Shown here piece by piece: positions 1 through 13,700 of a stretch of 64,000 bases of DNA. The translations under genes and the position numbers were made by a program. Each line of letters starts with the position of its first letter. The stretch's first letter is position 1. A model generated the notes under the pieces. The model made no database searches, had not been told where the DNA came from, and worked only from the letters and a program-made list of their open reading frames with translations. The stretch lies in NCBI RefSeq assembly GCF_009914755.1, contig NC_060928.1. The stretch is one strand, 5' to 3'. This DNA comes from the human T2T-CHM13v2.0 reference genome, Homo sapiens.

Positions 1-95
1 CCACTTTTCGTTGGAAATTTTTGAACAATGTGCATTTCTTTGAATTGAAGTTCTTTAGTATAAAAGGGGAGACGGTGATGGCCTGGGGTGCTTTT

Positions 96-377
96 TCTTA
101 TACATTTAAGGGGTACAGTGCAATTTTGTTACTGGTATAGTGATAACCTGTGCTTCTAGGGTATCCATCTCCCTAGTAATGTGCATAGTATCCATTAGTT
201 TTTCATGATCCACTCCCATTACCCCTTGACCCATCACCCATGACCCTTCTGAGTCTCCAATGTCTGTAATTGCACACCCTATGTCCATATGTACACATTA
301 TGTAGCTCCCATTTACAAGCGAGAACAGGTATTTGACTTGCTGTTTCTCAGTTGTTTCACTTAAGATAATGGCCTCC
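96..377 (-). mobile_element. L1MA3-like 3' end fragment
   Basis: TTTAAGGGGTACA...TAGCTCCCATTTACAAGCGAGAAC...CACTTAAGATAATGGCCTCC. Degenerate TSD TGGGGTGCTTTT (84-95) / TAGAGTGCTCTT (378-389). Empty sites at ~27290 and ~42430. Confidence 0.8.
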
Positions 378-654
378 TAGAGTGCTCTTGCTGGGAGGTT
401 TTAATTTTGTATTCATTTGGTTCCCTGGGCCACCTGTATATCTTACACCTACTTCCTGCGATTTCAGACAATCTTGATAAGAACATTGAAAAAATGGATT
501 AATTGAATGGAGTTCATAATATGCACTTCCCCTAGAGACTGTAAAACAAGTCCCACCTTTATTCTTGATAGAAATAATTGGGCATTTTCAAATGGATGAA
601 TCATGCCAGTAGAAGAATAGTTAAGATTCTTATCTGAAGTGAGACCCAAGTATC

Positions 655-870
655 TGCATATGGATATCCTAAATTCAGATCCTGAGACCTATGTTTGAGG
701 TAGAAAGGCTTGTGAAAGTGACTCCAGGAAACATGGAGGAGTAATGAAGACAGGGTAGGAAGAGCAGCCAGACCTGGGAGAGCATTGAAGAGGTCACCTC
801 TATGCTGTGTGCAACTCAGTCTCCCTGGGAATCCTCTAAAAACCCACATGGAAAATGATGTCCCAGAATC
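655..870 (-). mobile_element. LTR33-like ERVL LTR remnant, copy b of the unit (paralogs ~27585-28085, ~42725-43215)
   Basis: GGAAGTGATCCCAG(G/A)AA...GAGACA...GCAGCCA...CTCAGT.CC.CTGGGAA resembles the reverse LTR33 consensus as recalled. Confidence 0.55.
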
Positions 871-2762
871 TCATTCCTAGGATTGCCTACCACATCCAAC
901 CTACATCTTTAAGGGTAGTATTCTTTTTGTACTGCAGACGTGTACCTTGGTGCTTGAGGCTGATGTGCCTTGGGTGATTTTAGAGAGCCAGTACAGTGAG
1001 AATTTTGATAGACTCAGCAGTTCTACCTGAAGCATGATATATATTTTGGCAACTAAACTATCCTGCTTCAATAACGAGTGGTAACCCACGTTGGGATCTT
1101 ATTAGGGCCAGGTGAGGCTTGGGGCTAAGAGCCAGCCTGATGGCACCTCCTCAGGGTCCTGCTGAGTGTTGCCCACCATCCAGTGAGCAGCTCTACACTG
1201 GCAGGTGCTTCTGAGGTTTCATCCTGAATGTTCTCATTCTTCCAGGCTGCTTCATCTATGCAGGATAATTCCACAGCCTGGGGCCAGGAATCTAGCACCG
1301 ATCCAGAGACTGAGTCCACTGTAAGGATAACTCACTGCAAGCTGCCGGTGCTGTGAGGCCTGTACCTAACCCCAGCCTCTAACCTTCAGCTTCATTTGGG
1401 CTGGAAGTGGCCATTTGTGGTGAGAGCTGAAAACAACACCCTTCCTTTATGACTGGACGAGGAACAGCTGCCTTGTCAGTGTCACTAGGGCTGGTCCACT
1501 GCTTATCTAAGGTTAAGGAGAACTAAAAATGGGATGTCCTGCACATCTGGACCTCATGGACTCTAGAGGAAAGCCAGACACTCCTTTCATGCCTGGAGAC
1601 TGTTGTGACTTCAGTGTTACTTATTTGACCCATGCTCACATGGAGTGGCTATCTGATTCTGTTTCTTCCCCACAGACTGTTGAGCAGAACACATTTTCCT
1701 GAGTGATTTTTCACCTTGAAAGGAACAAGTAGTTCCATCCAGTGATTTAAACCTGCTCTGGCAGTTTCTCAGAAAGGTCAATGATAGATGCACAGCTTAA
1801 ACTCACCCAGAGGTGGTGAAGGACTGAGCGCAGAATGCGTGGTGCTGGAAACCTTTGCTTTTCTTACGGCTTGTGCAAACCATTGAAACGTGCTGTTCCG
1901 CAAATTCTGTGTGCAGTGCTGATTGCGGTCATGTCAGCAGCTTTGCTGCACAAGAAAGGCTCAGTAGTCTTGAATCCAAGAATCCTGTTTCTGACTCCAT
2001 GTCCATCACCAGGGTGTGAAAGTGCTTGGCTGTCTGGCTCCTGGGGCCCAAGAGTGAACCAAAGGGCTCTCTTGATGTGGAAGCAGCTGCTGGTCTTGCT
2101 TTCCAGGTCTTAGCTATTTTCAGGTTCTGGGGAAGTGTTTCACAGAGCCTGGAAGGTGGCTGCCACAGGGGAGGGTGGAGGAAGCTTGGAGCAGTGTGTC
2201 AGGACAACTATCCTGGGTGCTGGGTGAGGAATGTTCTGCCTCATGGGAGCTATGCTGACTTTACAGATCATGGACAGCAGGGACCTCGTGGCCCACTCTG
2301 AAAGGGGATTCTCTCTAGGATGGAGAATTTAAGCACCCAGTTATCTAAGTCCACCTAGTTAGGAAAGAATGCCGTTTTTAAGATGTCTGACTTGGATTTG
2401 AAACAATCTGCATATTATATATTTCTACCTTAGCTGGTGGTAGAATCTAGTGTGGAAATGGCCTGGGCCTAGAGCAAACTTGGAAATTTTGATTTAGCTT
2501 CCGTCGTTGAAAATCTGTTCTCTTTTGTTTGAATCTGTATCTTTTAAGGCATTTCTGTTTGACACATTTGACAAATAAATGGCTACTCTAAATTTTTCCA
2601 ATATCTCTACCCTGGAATGCTAAGATTCATTACAATTTTCTTTGCCTGCCTTTCTTGATCCAGGGTTGCCAGAGAAACAGATCTGAGGGCTCCTATATAA
2701 AATACAAGGAAAAACAAAGACGATTCTGGATTTCCATGAATGTTGAAACTAAATTTGACAGG

Positions 2763-3230
2763 TGCTATATTTTGTATGGTGTTGCAAATGACTTAGGAGC
2801 TCAAATCAACTTTCTTACAGTTTTAGAAATCAGAAGTTTGAAATAGGTTTCATTTAGAGAAAACAAAGTTGTTAGCAAGGTTGTATTTCTTTCTGGCTGC
2901 TTCAGAGATCACTTTCCTCACTTTAGACCCCATATAAAACATGACTTGTGGCTTCTTAGTTAATCCTCAGTCAGGACCTTCATTGGTGTTGAGTCAGCAC
3001 CATGCTCTGATTTTTTTCTTCTGACTCTTGCCTCCAATTCTCAGTCTTCCTCTTTATCATGTTAAGCTAAGATTACCCTGGGTTTGGCCAGGGGGCCCAC
3101 TGTCAGCAAGGTGATTAAAGTCAGCTGACTACAACCCAATGCCTTGGGTCCTAATTCACCCTTGCTGTGTAGCATGTATTCACAGGTTCCAAGGATGGGG
3201 ACATGGGTATTAGAGGACTGTCTCTGGCCG
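2763..3230 (-). mobile_element. MLT1C/D MaLR LTR, ancestral to the unit (paralogs ~14957-17647, 19795-20317, 31385-31885, 45885-47035, 59255-59643)
   Basis: TCTTACAGTT.TAGA..TCAGAAG...AGCTGATTAGCAACC...ATTCACAGGTTCCA.GGAT..GGACATGG, at the same position in every unit. Confidence 0.8.
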
Positions 3231-3244
3231 CTTTCCTTGGTACT

Positions 3245-3560
3245 TCACCTGGAAGTGATGCCGTGAACACCAGAGGACAATGGTGAATCCGTGAGTGGGT
3301 GGCAATAGCAGCTTCTAGTGGGATAGGATTGAGCTGGTCACTTAGCGGTGACCAAGGCTCAATCCTGATGGGGGGGAACCTGCAGGAGCCATGAATACTG
3401 CATGCAGAATATCTGTCTTGGGGCTAAGAGTCTGTTACCCACCAACTCTGTTGAAGCTTCCCCTTGACCTAGGGTAACACTTTCCCCTGAGCTACTGAGC
3501 TATGACTCTCCATGAAAACCATGGACCCAGAGGGTGAGGGTGTGGCCTGGAGCAGCCCAG
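3245..3560 (-). mobile_element. LTR33-like remnant, copy a of the unit (paralogs ~17660, 20330, 31890, 47050)
   Basis: GGAAGTGAT.CC...CCAGAGGA...GCAGC...TGAGCTGGTCACT...GGCTCAATCCTG.TGGGG...ACCCACCAACTC. Confidence 0.55.
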
Positions 3561-5768
3561 TCATTCAAGTAGAATGGGATACAACCTGGGTCTCCCCGTT
3601 TTTTAAATATCTCAGGATGCAGAAAGTGAGAAAGGTTAACTTGTTCGATGAATGACTTGTCTTTAAATCTCATACTTTCTCCCCCCACAGAAAATAGGTG
3701 AGATTATATAAATAGAGCTAAACCTTCATCTACCTCCTGTTGTGTGTCATGTTGCCAATGTGACAACTGCTGTAGAAATGTGCAAAACTCATTGGGGGTA
3801 TAATGCAGGTTATCGGTTAGACTGCCACATGGAGCATATTGTATGTCACCTATTGCTTTTCATTGCCACATACCATACCTTGTTTGAGAACAAATACGAT
3901 CTAAACTGTTACATTTTCTTAAGATGTGCTTTTGTCCTGTATTTGAGCTTCTAAGAACAGTTGGCATCCCATTTGAATTAGAGCAACTACAGCTCTAGTT
4001 GTGAAGAATTTTTCTCCTCATCCAACATCGTAGATTTTTCTGCTCCCTCAGATTGTGACCCCAGCCAAACAGAACTCTGACTTCCAAGTAAAATTTGGGG
4101 GACTGAGAAGGAAGAATGAACTGATGTGCACCCCTTCTCTTGCCTGCAGTTCTTGGCAGGCCTAAGCCACGTCCCTGAATTTCCCATACTCGATGCTGTC
4201 TGCCCTTGGAAGCTGCTGGCTAATGTTTGGTTTTAACTGTGCTACCCTCTGCAGGTGGCTTTTTACTTCAATTACCTCAGCCTCTCCACGCAGCCTAGGT
4301 TGTCCTTTGACCCTTGTATGACTGACACTGCTGTTCTGTCTGTGCACAATGATGGTCATTGTCAAATGAGTATTTGGAATGTTCCTGGTCAGGTTGCTCA
4401 CCACTGATCACCTCTGCTGGAGATTTGCTCTGCTTTACACACAGGGAGGTTCCACTGGATGTGGATGGCATGGGCACTGGCTCCAGGCGTGGGCCTGGCT
4501 CACTGCAGTCTGTTCCCCTGGGCTCTAGGTCTGTGGTGTTCAGACTTCTCTGTCATGGGCTCCTTTTGCTGTGTTGTGGGGTGGAGGTTATGAGGCCAGA
4601 AAAATACCCATGCTGCAGGACTGGCAGTCCCATCTCAATGTTTCCCTCCTCCTGATGACGGCAGGCTGAGCCCCCCTGGTCTTGGCAATGTGTCCTCGTT
4701 ACGTACCAGCTGATGCCCTTCAACCTATTCACCCCAAGAAAGAAGAGGTATCTGGCTAGCCAGGGAAACTTGGCTTCATGTTTTTCTAGGATGCCAAATC
4801 AAGGTCCCTAGAGTTGTAGCCTCAGGACAAGTGTCACACAGTGTGTGGTGTGGCAGGTCCGTTCCCCTTGTGATGCCTTTTGTAAAAGTGGATGGAGAGA
4901 CGACTTAAACTTGTTCTATCTGCAAGTCCATCATACAGCCCCACAAGTGCAGAGTCCTGCCAAGATGCCAAAATGAGCTGTTAGATGCACCTGGATTCTG
5001 GGAGTGGCATGGCATGCTTCAGTGCTGACCAGACCAAACTAAAACCCTGCATATTCTAACTTATGGTGCTCACAAAAGCCAATTGTAGGTAGTCCGGAAT
5101 TCTCAACTTAATCTGGATTAAGATTATATTGTGTTTGGTAAGGATGATGTAGTCATAAATATCCTACATCAGTAATGCAGAGAACTGTTCAATTCACCAC
5201 TGCTGTTCTTCGTGGTGATGTCTGTAAGTCACACAATTGGATGAGCTGTCTGAGCGGGGGAGGGGGTCTATAGATGAAGCTCATGTCTTGGGTTGTGGAG
5301 GGCACCCTGAACCCAAATGCCTAAAAGTCCTGTACCTCTCAGCTTGCATTTTGGAGTCGAGGTGAAGTATATTTGATATAAGACAATACTCTATCTCCTT
5401 ATCCTCCTGTTAGCCTTGGTATTTTCCTCTAATCATCACGAAGTCTCCAGGTGATCTTCTGCCATTCATTCCAGTATTTGTCAGGTTTATGATACACTGT
5501 ATGCTGGCTGCACATTTTCACCTGTGTTAAGACTTCAGGGTGCTCCTTTGTTTGTCTAATGTCTGCTCCCTTATCTTGAAAGGTATCAATTCTATGTAAG
5601 TCAGTTTCTTTACCTTATTTTTAACAATTCTCTGTTGAGTAAAGCTTAAAGGGACGGTGCCCTTTAAATGACTAGGACTTTATAGTTCTATGTCTTACTG
5701 TTGCTACACAACAGTGTCCTCTTGGTAGGAAACGTCTATCAAGGATCACTTTTGTACTCTAACTGGCT

Positions 5769-6404
5769 TGAGGCAGGAGAAACGGCGTTTGCAGGCAGGT
5801 AACTTAAAGTAATTTATGCTAAATTGAGGAAAAACGCCAAGGTCGTGGGGGCAGGGAACCTGAGTTCAATCTGTGCTGACTTCCCAAAGCTACATCAAAA
5901 GGAAAACATCTGGGTCTGGGGTCAGGGAACCTAGGTCCCATTAACCACTTCCTAAAGCTAAACCCAAGGGAAAACCCCATCTCCCCCACAAGAGTAGCAA
6001 AGGATCCAAGGCTATTCTCCCTCTATCTTCCCCTGTCCACCACGTGGCAGAGGAAAGGAAGTGTGTGTACTGGCTTGGATGCAGGTTATGCAGGGACCAT
6101 CTGTTTATCTGCAGAGGGTGCCAGTTCACCTCAGTCCTTAATTAGCCATGGACCAAATCCTTTATCCAGATAAGGGGTAACAGATGGGGACCTCAAAAGG
6201 AGAACTTAAAACCCAGAGAACTTTGTAACCCGGCTCTTGTGCCACTTGCTGAGGCCCACTCCCACCCCATGGACGCTTTCTCACTTTGATATTGGCTTTT
6301 GCTGCATCGTTTGTGTTTCATTCCTTTGTTACTTTGCTTCTGTGTTGTGTTAAAAACGCCAAGGACCTGGACAGTTCACTCAAGGCCCTCCTTCCAGTGT
6401 AACA
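5769..6404 (+). mobile_element. MER51-like ERV1 solo LTR
   Basis: TGAGGCAGGAGAA...GGCAGGGAACCT repeats...TAACA. 4-bp TSD GGCT (5765-5768, 6405-6408). Absent from paralogous sites. Confidence 0.85.
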
Positions 6405-7693
6405 GGCTGAGGGGACATTGACCAAGGTTGAAGGTTTTGACATACATCTGTGTTTTCTCCGAAGCTGTTAGGATTCAGGTACTGCTCCTGAAATTTTCGT
6501 CAAGCCATCTGAACACTAGAAGCTTGGGGTTGGATGTTCCCTGTAGTTTCTCTGGATGCCATTGGCACCAATAAAAGTTGTTACAGACAGGGGACAAATG
6601 GGATGATGGTCATTGTGGACAATGCTGTGCCTTCTCTGGGCACCCAGGACGACTCTGGTGGAAAGGCGTTGATCTCTGGAACCTTTACAGTCCCACATGC
6701 TTGCACTGCTGTGGTGACCCGACCCTGTCCCCAAACTGACAGCCAGCTCTGTATCACCGTATTGTAGGTGGGGGAGGCAGCTGTTGGTCATGTCTTGCAG
6801 GTATTCTCTCTGATCTGGCTTTTTCTCAGAGATCCTTTCCTGCTGCTGCTGGGTCACAGCCCCCCTGAAGGTTGGCTACAGTAAGCAAGCAGCAAGAAGG
6901 CTGCCCCTTAGAAGGAATTAGTGTATTGTCTGAGTGGCTGACCCTGAAAGAAGCATTGTTGGGCAGCAGAGCTGCAAGAAGATGCAGGTCCACTCATCCT
7001 TGATGCTGAGAAACAGCTCTGTGAACCTAGGGAGCTCCCAGGCTGGGGATTCTGAGGACTCAGGCATCTTGGTTACTCTGCCAGTGATGCTGGCAAGGAT
7101 GCAGCCAGGGGACCCACTGAGGTGTGTTGGTCCTTGGGGATAAGTCTGAGTCCAGGGTGCTCTGTGGTGAGTACTTCCTGCTCCAGAGGTGAGGCCGATG
7201 GAACCTGGACAGCTATGCAGAGGAGGATAGCAAGCTGCTCATCTCCATAGGGACTGATTTTTGAACTTGTATCTTCTTCCTGGTCTGTAGTAGGTATTCC
7301 ATATCTTCCTTCCTTAGGAAAGAGCAGTGAGCCTGTTTGTGTCAGGTTGGGCTCAGTTGATGATAAAATGGCCCAGACTTGATGATAGCCTCCCATTGGG
7401 GACTTCAACATAAAGTTGTTCTGACTTGATTTTCTACATGGATACCTGCTGGCACCTCATTGGTCCTGCAACAATTGGGGCAGGTTCAACTAGGTTCACC
7501 CTGGATTTTCATCTTCCTCACAACCTCACTTATTCTTGGATCCTATTTCTGGTGACTGTTGATCTTGATGTTCTGGCACATTGAGGGTGAAACTAAGTCA
7601 TCTCCTGCTATAGGGTAAGAAAGTCCCACAGGGAAAACTAACTGGAAGTTGGGTCCTGCCCCATCTTGGTCTCTGAAATCTGTTTTTCAGTAG

Positions 7694-8466
<773 letters not shown>

Positions 8467-9926
8467 TGAACACAGCTGGTTTTCATTGTTTCTACCAGTC
8501 TTGAGCATCTGGGGACTTCTTCCTAGGAGATGTGGCTGTGTTGGGAGAAGTGAGCTGAAGTCATCGTGTCTTGCATCATCCCTTGGGCTTGTAGATGTAG
8601 CCTTAGAGTTCAAACTCTGTACATTACCTGGCATATGACCTTGGCTGTTGGACCCCCCAACTAGTGAGAGATCTCTTAAGTCTCTTGTGTGACTCATGCA
8701 CTAAAAAGAGCTGTCGTGGAATTGAATATCTTCTTGGGTGCTCCTCTATCTCTGACACTTGGGACTCTGAAGGAACATTTCCTGAAAAGCTTAACCACTC
8801 ATGCAGGGAAAAGTTAGCACTAGTGATGTTTCTCCTCTTTACATGGATTCAGCTGCTCTTCCGTACCTTTCTCACCCTACCTTCTAATTATCATTGAAGG
8901 TACCTTGGTGACATAACTACAGCCTTAAAAGGACCCTCCCCTCAGTCTAGGGAGGATTTTGTGCTTTCATTTCATGTGAACAGTTTGCTGCTGCTTGAAA
9001 TCCCTTGGTCAAAGAGAGCTGACGACCATTCCTCCTTGCCCATCTTGCATGAATATGACATCAATGATGAAAGAATGATCTCTTTGCAGAAGACTGAGAT
9101 GAATTTCTGCCTTTGAGGACAAGAATCTTACATGAAAGTAGTGATGAAGGTCCTGTTTCTCCCCACAAAGTCTAAGTGTGTGGTTTCCTTCCTAGTTGGA
9201 TGTCCTTTAGTAGCTGGTAGTGATTTCAGGTCCCAACCTGAGCGCTGAAGGTCATACTTGCTTTCCATTTAAAGTGTTTCAACACATTGAGTTGATATCT
9301 ACAGTTTTTCAGCAGGTACAAGGGTTAAAGGGTATAGTCTAGGAAGAAAATTCTTCAATGAAACAAACCTGTTTCACTCAATATACCTACAACCCACAGA
9401 AAATTTCATGCACTAAAGAGAGCTGTAGTGGAATTGAACAACCCCTTGGGGGTTCCCTTATTTCTCATTGCCACTTGGGACTCTGGAAGGAAACTTCGTG
9501 GAAAGGTTAACCACTCCCACAAGGAAAAGATGGTCCTAGTGACAAGTTACTTATCTGTATCTCCACACAGGAGACTTAAGTGGTCTCTCACTAATGTAGT
9601 GGGATTGAACACCCCCTTGAGTGCTCTTCACATACATCTGCCCTGGACAGGCTGATTCAGGAATGGACCTACAGCAGGAGGCAGCCTGAGGATGGGAGGG
9701 GCTGCTAAGAGAAGTCTGTATTTCCAAAACTTAAGAGAGCACATGGGTCCCCATGATTCATAAGTGAATAACGTTGATTTCTCTACCTCCCAATTAGCTG
9801 GATCCATCTCTATGTACTGTCCTGGGGTGGAAAGGTACTAGGTTAAGTATCATCTGACCTTTAGATCTTTGTTCTTTGATTCTACTGCTTGTGACTAGTC
9901 CAGTTTTAAACCCTCAGAATAAGATG

Positions 9927-10710
9927 ATTACCTTTGCCTTGTATTGCAAGGGATTAATTCTAGGACCTTCAAGTGCTTAAGTCTCTTGTATAAAATGGCA
10001 TGTAACCTGTGCACATAATCCTACATCCTTTAAGCTATCTCTGGATGACTTACAGTCCCTAATACACTTTACATGTTTTGAACATAGTTGCTTCATTTAG
10101 GGGATGAGGACGGCATAGTTCCTGTGACGTCAGTGTATTCAGTACAGCCGTAACTATCCTAGACATAAATATGTAGTTAATGTCGGCAACAAGGGGAACA
10201 GTTCCTTTATCGACACATACAGACTGTTTTCTTCTAGTGATCTGAGAGTTAACACTGACAAAGGCCCTGGCTGGTCTGTCTTGATAACTTTTGTGGGATA
10301 AGGATGATTACTGTATGGGGCCTACTGTGCCCATGGGGTAATATGACTAGCTTCATTGCACTGTAGTGAGATGTCTGCTTAACATGAACCTTCCAGAAGG
10401 ATGTCAGAAGGATCATCTATCTACCTTGGAAGAACAGGTTTCTATTACAGTTGTTAGTGCTTTAGGGGGAGACTTGGCTGAGGATCTTCAACCATGGATG
10501 TTTGAAGCCAATGTTCTGGCAAGAAAAATTGCTACAGGAAACTGTTGCTCTTCATCATGAAATTTTGTGGGGGTTGTAGGCATATATATTGAGTGAAACA
10601 GGTTTGTTCCATTAAAGAATTTTCTTCCTAGACCATTTCCTTTAACCCTTGTATCTGCTGAAAAACTGCAGACATCAACTTGATATTATCGAAACACTTT
10701 AAATGGAAAG
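9927..10710 (-). mobile_element. TcMar-Tigger remnant: MER2-type terminus plus degenerate transposase C-terminus (paralogs ~25970-26345, 36075-36645 + 41178-41420, 52834-53680, 62770-63160)
   Basis: MER2-like GGGGACTGGTTCCAGGA...CAAGTCCCTTATATAAAATGG...ATCTCTAGATTACTTAT. Minus-strand translations VFQQIQGLKEMV*EENSLMEQ (U1) and LKSMIFEYYPFMERRL...YDLQPSTS (U6). Confidence 0.75.
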
Positions 10711-13700
10711 TGACAGTATGGTCTTGAGTGCTCAGGCTGGGACCTGGCATCACTTGATAGGAGAAAGTTTTGACATTTTCTGAAGGCTGTGCTCTAGGAT
10801 GATGAGGTGGGAATTGGGGAAGTATAGACTGGCTCTGTCTTTAGCAGATCCTTGACCTGAAGCCCAGGAAGCTCATGGATGAGGAGCTGAGTTGTGTATG
10901 GGGAGAGAGTGAGGCTTGGCCTGCTGCTGTGGGGAAGCAAAACACCCTGCAGTCCAGAGGGCTTCTAATTTTTCCCTTTGTCTTTGGTATTTGTGTATTC
11001 ACAAGGAATGCGGGTTGTTCCTGATCCACGTGCAACCAATCAATTCTACCTGCTAGAGTGCTTGCCTTTAATTTATAATGCTATACTGGGTGGGTCTTCT
11101 GACTTGCAAGGTCTTTGAAGGAATGGGTGTGTCAAGGACCTGTCTTGGGCTCCTACCTCTACACTGAAGGATGTGCCTCAGGGGCTTTGTATTTCAACAA
11201 TCTTAATTCTGTCTGTCTGGCACAGGCCATCAGGTACTGTACATCATCAGGGACAAGCCCTGCATGAACGTTTGCAGATGGACATTGCAAGTTTATTCTG
11301 CACAGCTCCTTGCTCGTGGTTAGCCTATGACACCGGGCACTGCCTGTGTCTCAGTTTCTCTCTCCTGACACCTGGTAATATGGCATCTTGGCTCTATTTT
11401 GTTCACAGATGTGTGCTTAGTGAGTTTTTCTCTTCAGCCATTGTTCAGCTCATGATTCTCAGGGGAGATCATCTGGACAATGTCCTGTATACTTGGGAAT
11501 CACCATGAGTTAAGGCTCTTCCTGACCCTACCCTCAGCTTTGCTCTACATAGGAAAATGTTCTCATGCAATGCAGAGTTTTACAGCAATTTTCATTATTT
11601 TAGTTTTTTGTGTGTATGGGAGGCCAGGATGAGGACATGGGCATGGTACTGTCCATGGCTGTGTTGCTTTTACAAGGTGGCCTGGAGCAGGTCGCTGAGC
11701 TTCCCAGCCTCTGCTATGCTTGCACACACATTCTGCAAGATGACTGATGATCCTGAGTGTTGGCTTCTGCAGGACAGTCTCAGCCCTTCTGCTATAGGGA
11801 TCATCCAGATTCCATAGCTGAAGCATTCCACATGTATCTTATGGTGATCTTTACCTTCTCCCTTAGCCCCATGGATTCTCATGCAGGCCGACCTGGGAGG
11901 GGAAGTCTTTGCTTTTGAAACACCCAGGGCTGGGTCAGATGAAACAGAGATGCATTTGAAAGCATGGGTCCTGTGTTCATTCAAACATCTCACCTTGGGT
12001 CTAGGTTAATACACCAATGATGTAACATAAATGATTCCAAAGCTACTTTGCTTTCATGTCACCAGCAGGTGCATATGTGGAGTTTGTGACATCATCCTTC
12101 CACCCCTCATGGTCACAGCCTAGGGTGTCCTTTAGCTTGTCTGCCTGATGTTGTTCTTCCTTGTGTATCATGAGTGGGTCCCTCTCCTCAGAGTACTTCA
12201 GACAGGCCTAGTGAGATGCTCTCCCTCTGGATGTTACAGAGCATATTTTACATCTGATTTATCTCCAGACATGTCCACAGGCTGTGACATGAGCAGTGTT
12301 TATCTTGAGCCTGGTTTCTCAGATGTTCTCTGAATATTCACACACCTAGGCTGTGAAATCTCTGGCTCCTCAATATATTGCCATGGGATCATTTCCCTGC
12401 CTTAGTCTTAGAGGTTCTTCCATCAGATAGTAAAAAGATAGAAGCATCAGGTGTCAGCTGCGTTAGATCTGTTGACTATTTCCCATTGGTGGTGGTGGCT
12501 CTGAGAATGAGGGCACAGAGGTTTCTGAACCACAAGTAAAAAGGGCATGGAGGTGACTCTGAACCCAAATGTCTGCAGTCCTGATCACTCTCCACCCTGC
12601 TCTAAGGGGCTACTGCAATTGCGGTGGGTAAGTGAAAAGCAGGCATTACTCCCTTTGGTTTACCTCTTCACTTCTGCAGCTTAGAGGCAGTAAGAACACA
12701 CATGGCTAGGAAAGCAGTGCTTTGAGCAGTCGAGGTTATAGCTGCTCTCTTCCTCTGAGTGTTCTTTGTTGTAAAGATCCTTAAGTCTGTCCCTAGGTTT
12801 CTCCAAGTTGACTCAGTCATGCCCCTTATGGAGCCTGTGTCGCTGGCTGTTTCCCCACCCAGAGAATGTGTGCTGCAGCTCTGAGGGCCTCCTGTGAATC
12901 TCACACTTGATGCCTAAGGGAATGTTCTCAGGCATTGGCTGGTGGCTGTGATTCTGATAGCTGTGGTTGATACCTTCCCGTAAGGTAAACACTCAGTCTA
13001 ATGAGATGGCAGCCCACCCTCCTGGATTCTGTCCTGTTTGTGCCTGTGCTGTTGGGCTAAGTACCTTCTCCCAGGCTGTGACAGCTGTCAGTCTGCTCCA
13101 ACTTACTAAAGAAACTTTTACAGAATTGGCTCTGTGCTGTTTCACGTGAAGTGACACCAATATGATAGGTGGTCAAAATTATGTCTTTGCAGTAATTGGT
13201 GACAACACAAGTTGGGATCTCATAAGGGCCAGTTTGGGGCCTGGATCAAAGAGGCTTATGGAGCTTCCTAACGGGTCCTGATAGAATTGCCAGGCATCCA
13301 ATGAGCTGCTCTGCACTGACAGGTGCTTCCTTAGGTTCTATCCTGAATGTTGTTTCCTTCAAGCTGTACCATGTTTAGAGTAATTCTGTAGCTTGGAACC
13401 AGGAAAATTCTCAGCTCAGTTTCAGGAAATAGGGTCTACTGTAAAGACAAGTCATTTCAGTCTGTTGGCTTTGAGTTCTGTACCCAGCCTACCCTCTGGC
13501 CTGAAATTCCATCCAGCCTTGGCAGAGTGCAGTGCATGCAGAGAGCTGAAAAGCAAATTTCTCCTTTTTGACTAGACAAGGGACAGCTGCCTTGTTAGAT
13601 TCAATAGAGCTGGTCCACCAACCCAATCCTTTTTGGGACCCAGCTTACCATGGGTGTTGAAGGCTAGGGAGCACTGAAGAAATGTACTTTTCTCTTTCTA

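Larger units (their letters stand above)
1..1104 (+). repeat. Array unit U0 (3' tail only, internally deleted)
   Basis: Bases 60-870 align with 27270-27830 and 42410-42960; the end aligns with 13190-13225. Confidence 0.8.

Noticed and set aside
1652-1675. Splice-acceptor-like CTGATTCTGTTTCTTCCCCACAG
   Set aside because: The AG position is not conserved in the paralogs and an exon cannot be supported without RNA data.
4438-4450. CACAGGGAGGT resembling mature miR-513
   Set aside because: Short match with no precursor hairpin context.
6516-7411. Unit-derived ORFs (SLDAIGTN / SLDVFGTN similarity between units)
   Set aside because: Similarity follows from DNA paralogy. Frames are broken by indels between units and no protein family is recognisable.
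9059-9101. Box C/D-like geometry: CATC-A-ATGATGA...CTGA-GATG
   Set aside because: Only about 40 nt, too short for a snoRNA, and not conserved in the paralog (~52345).
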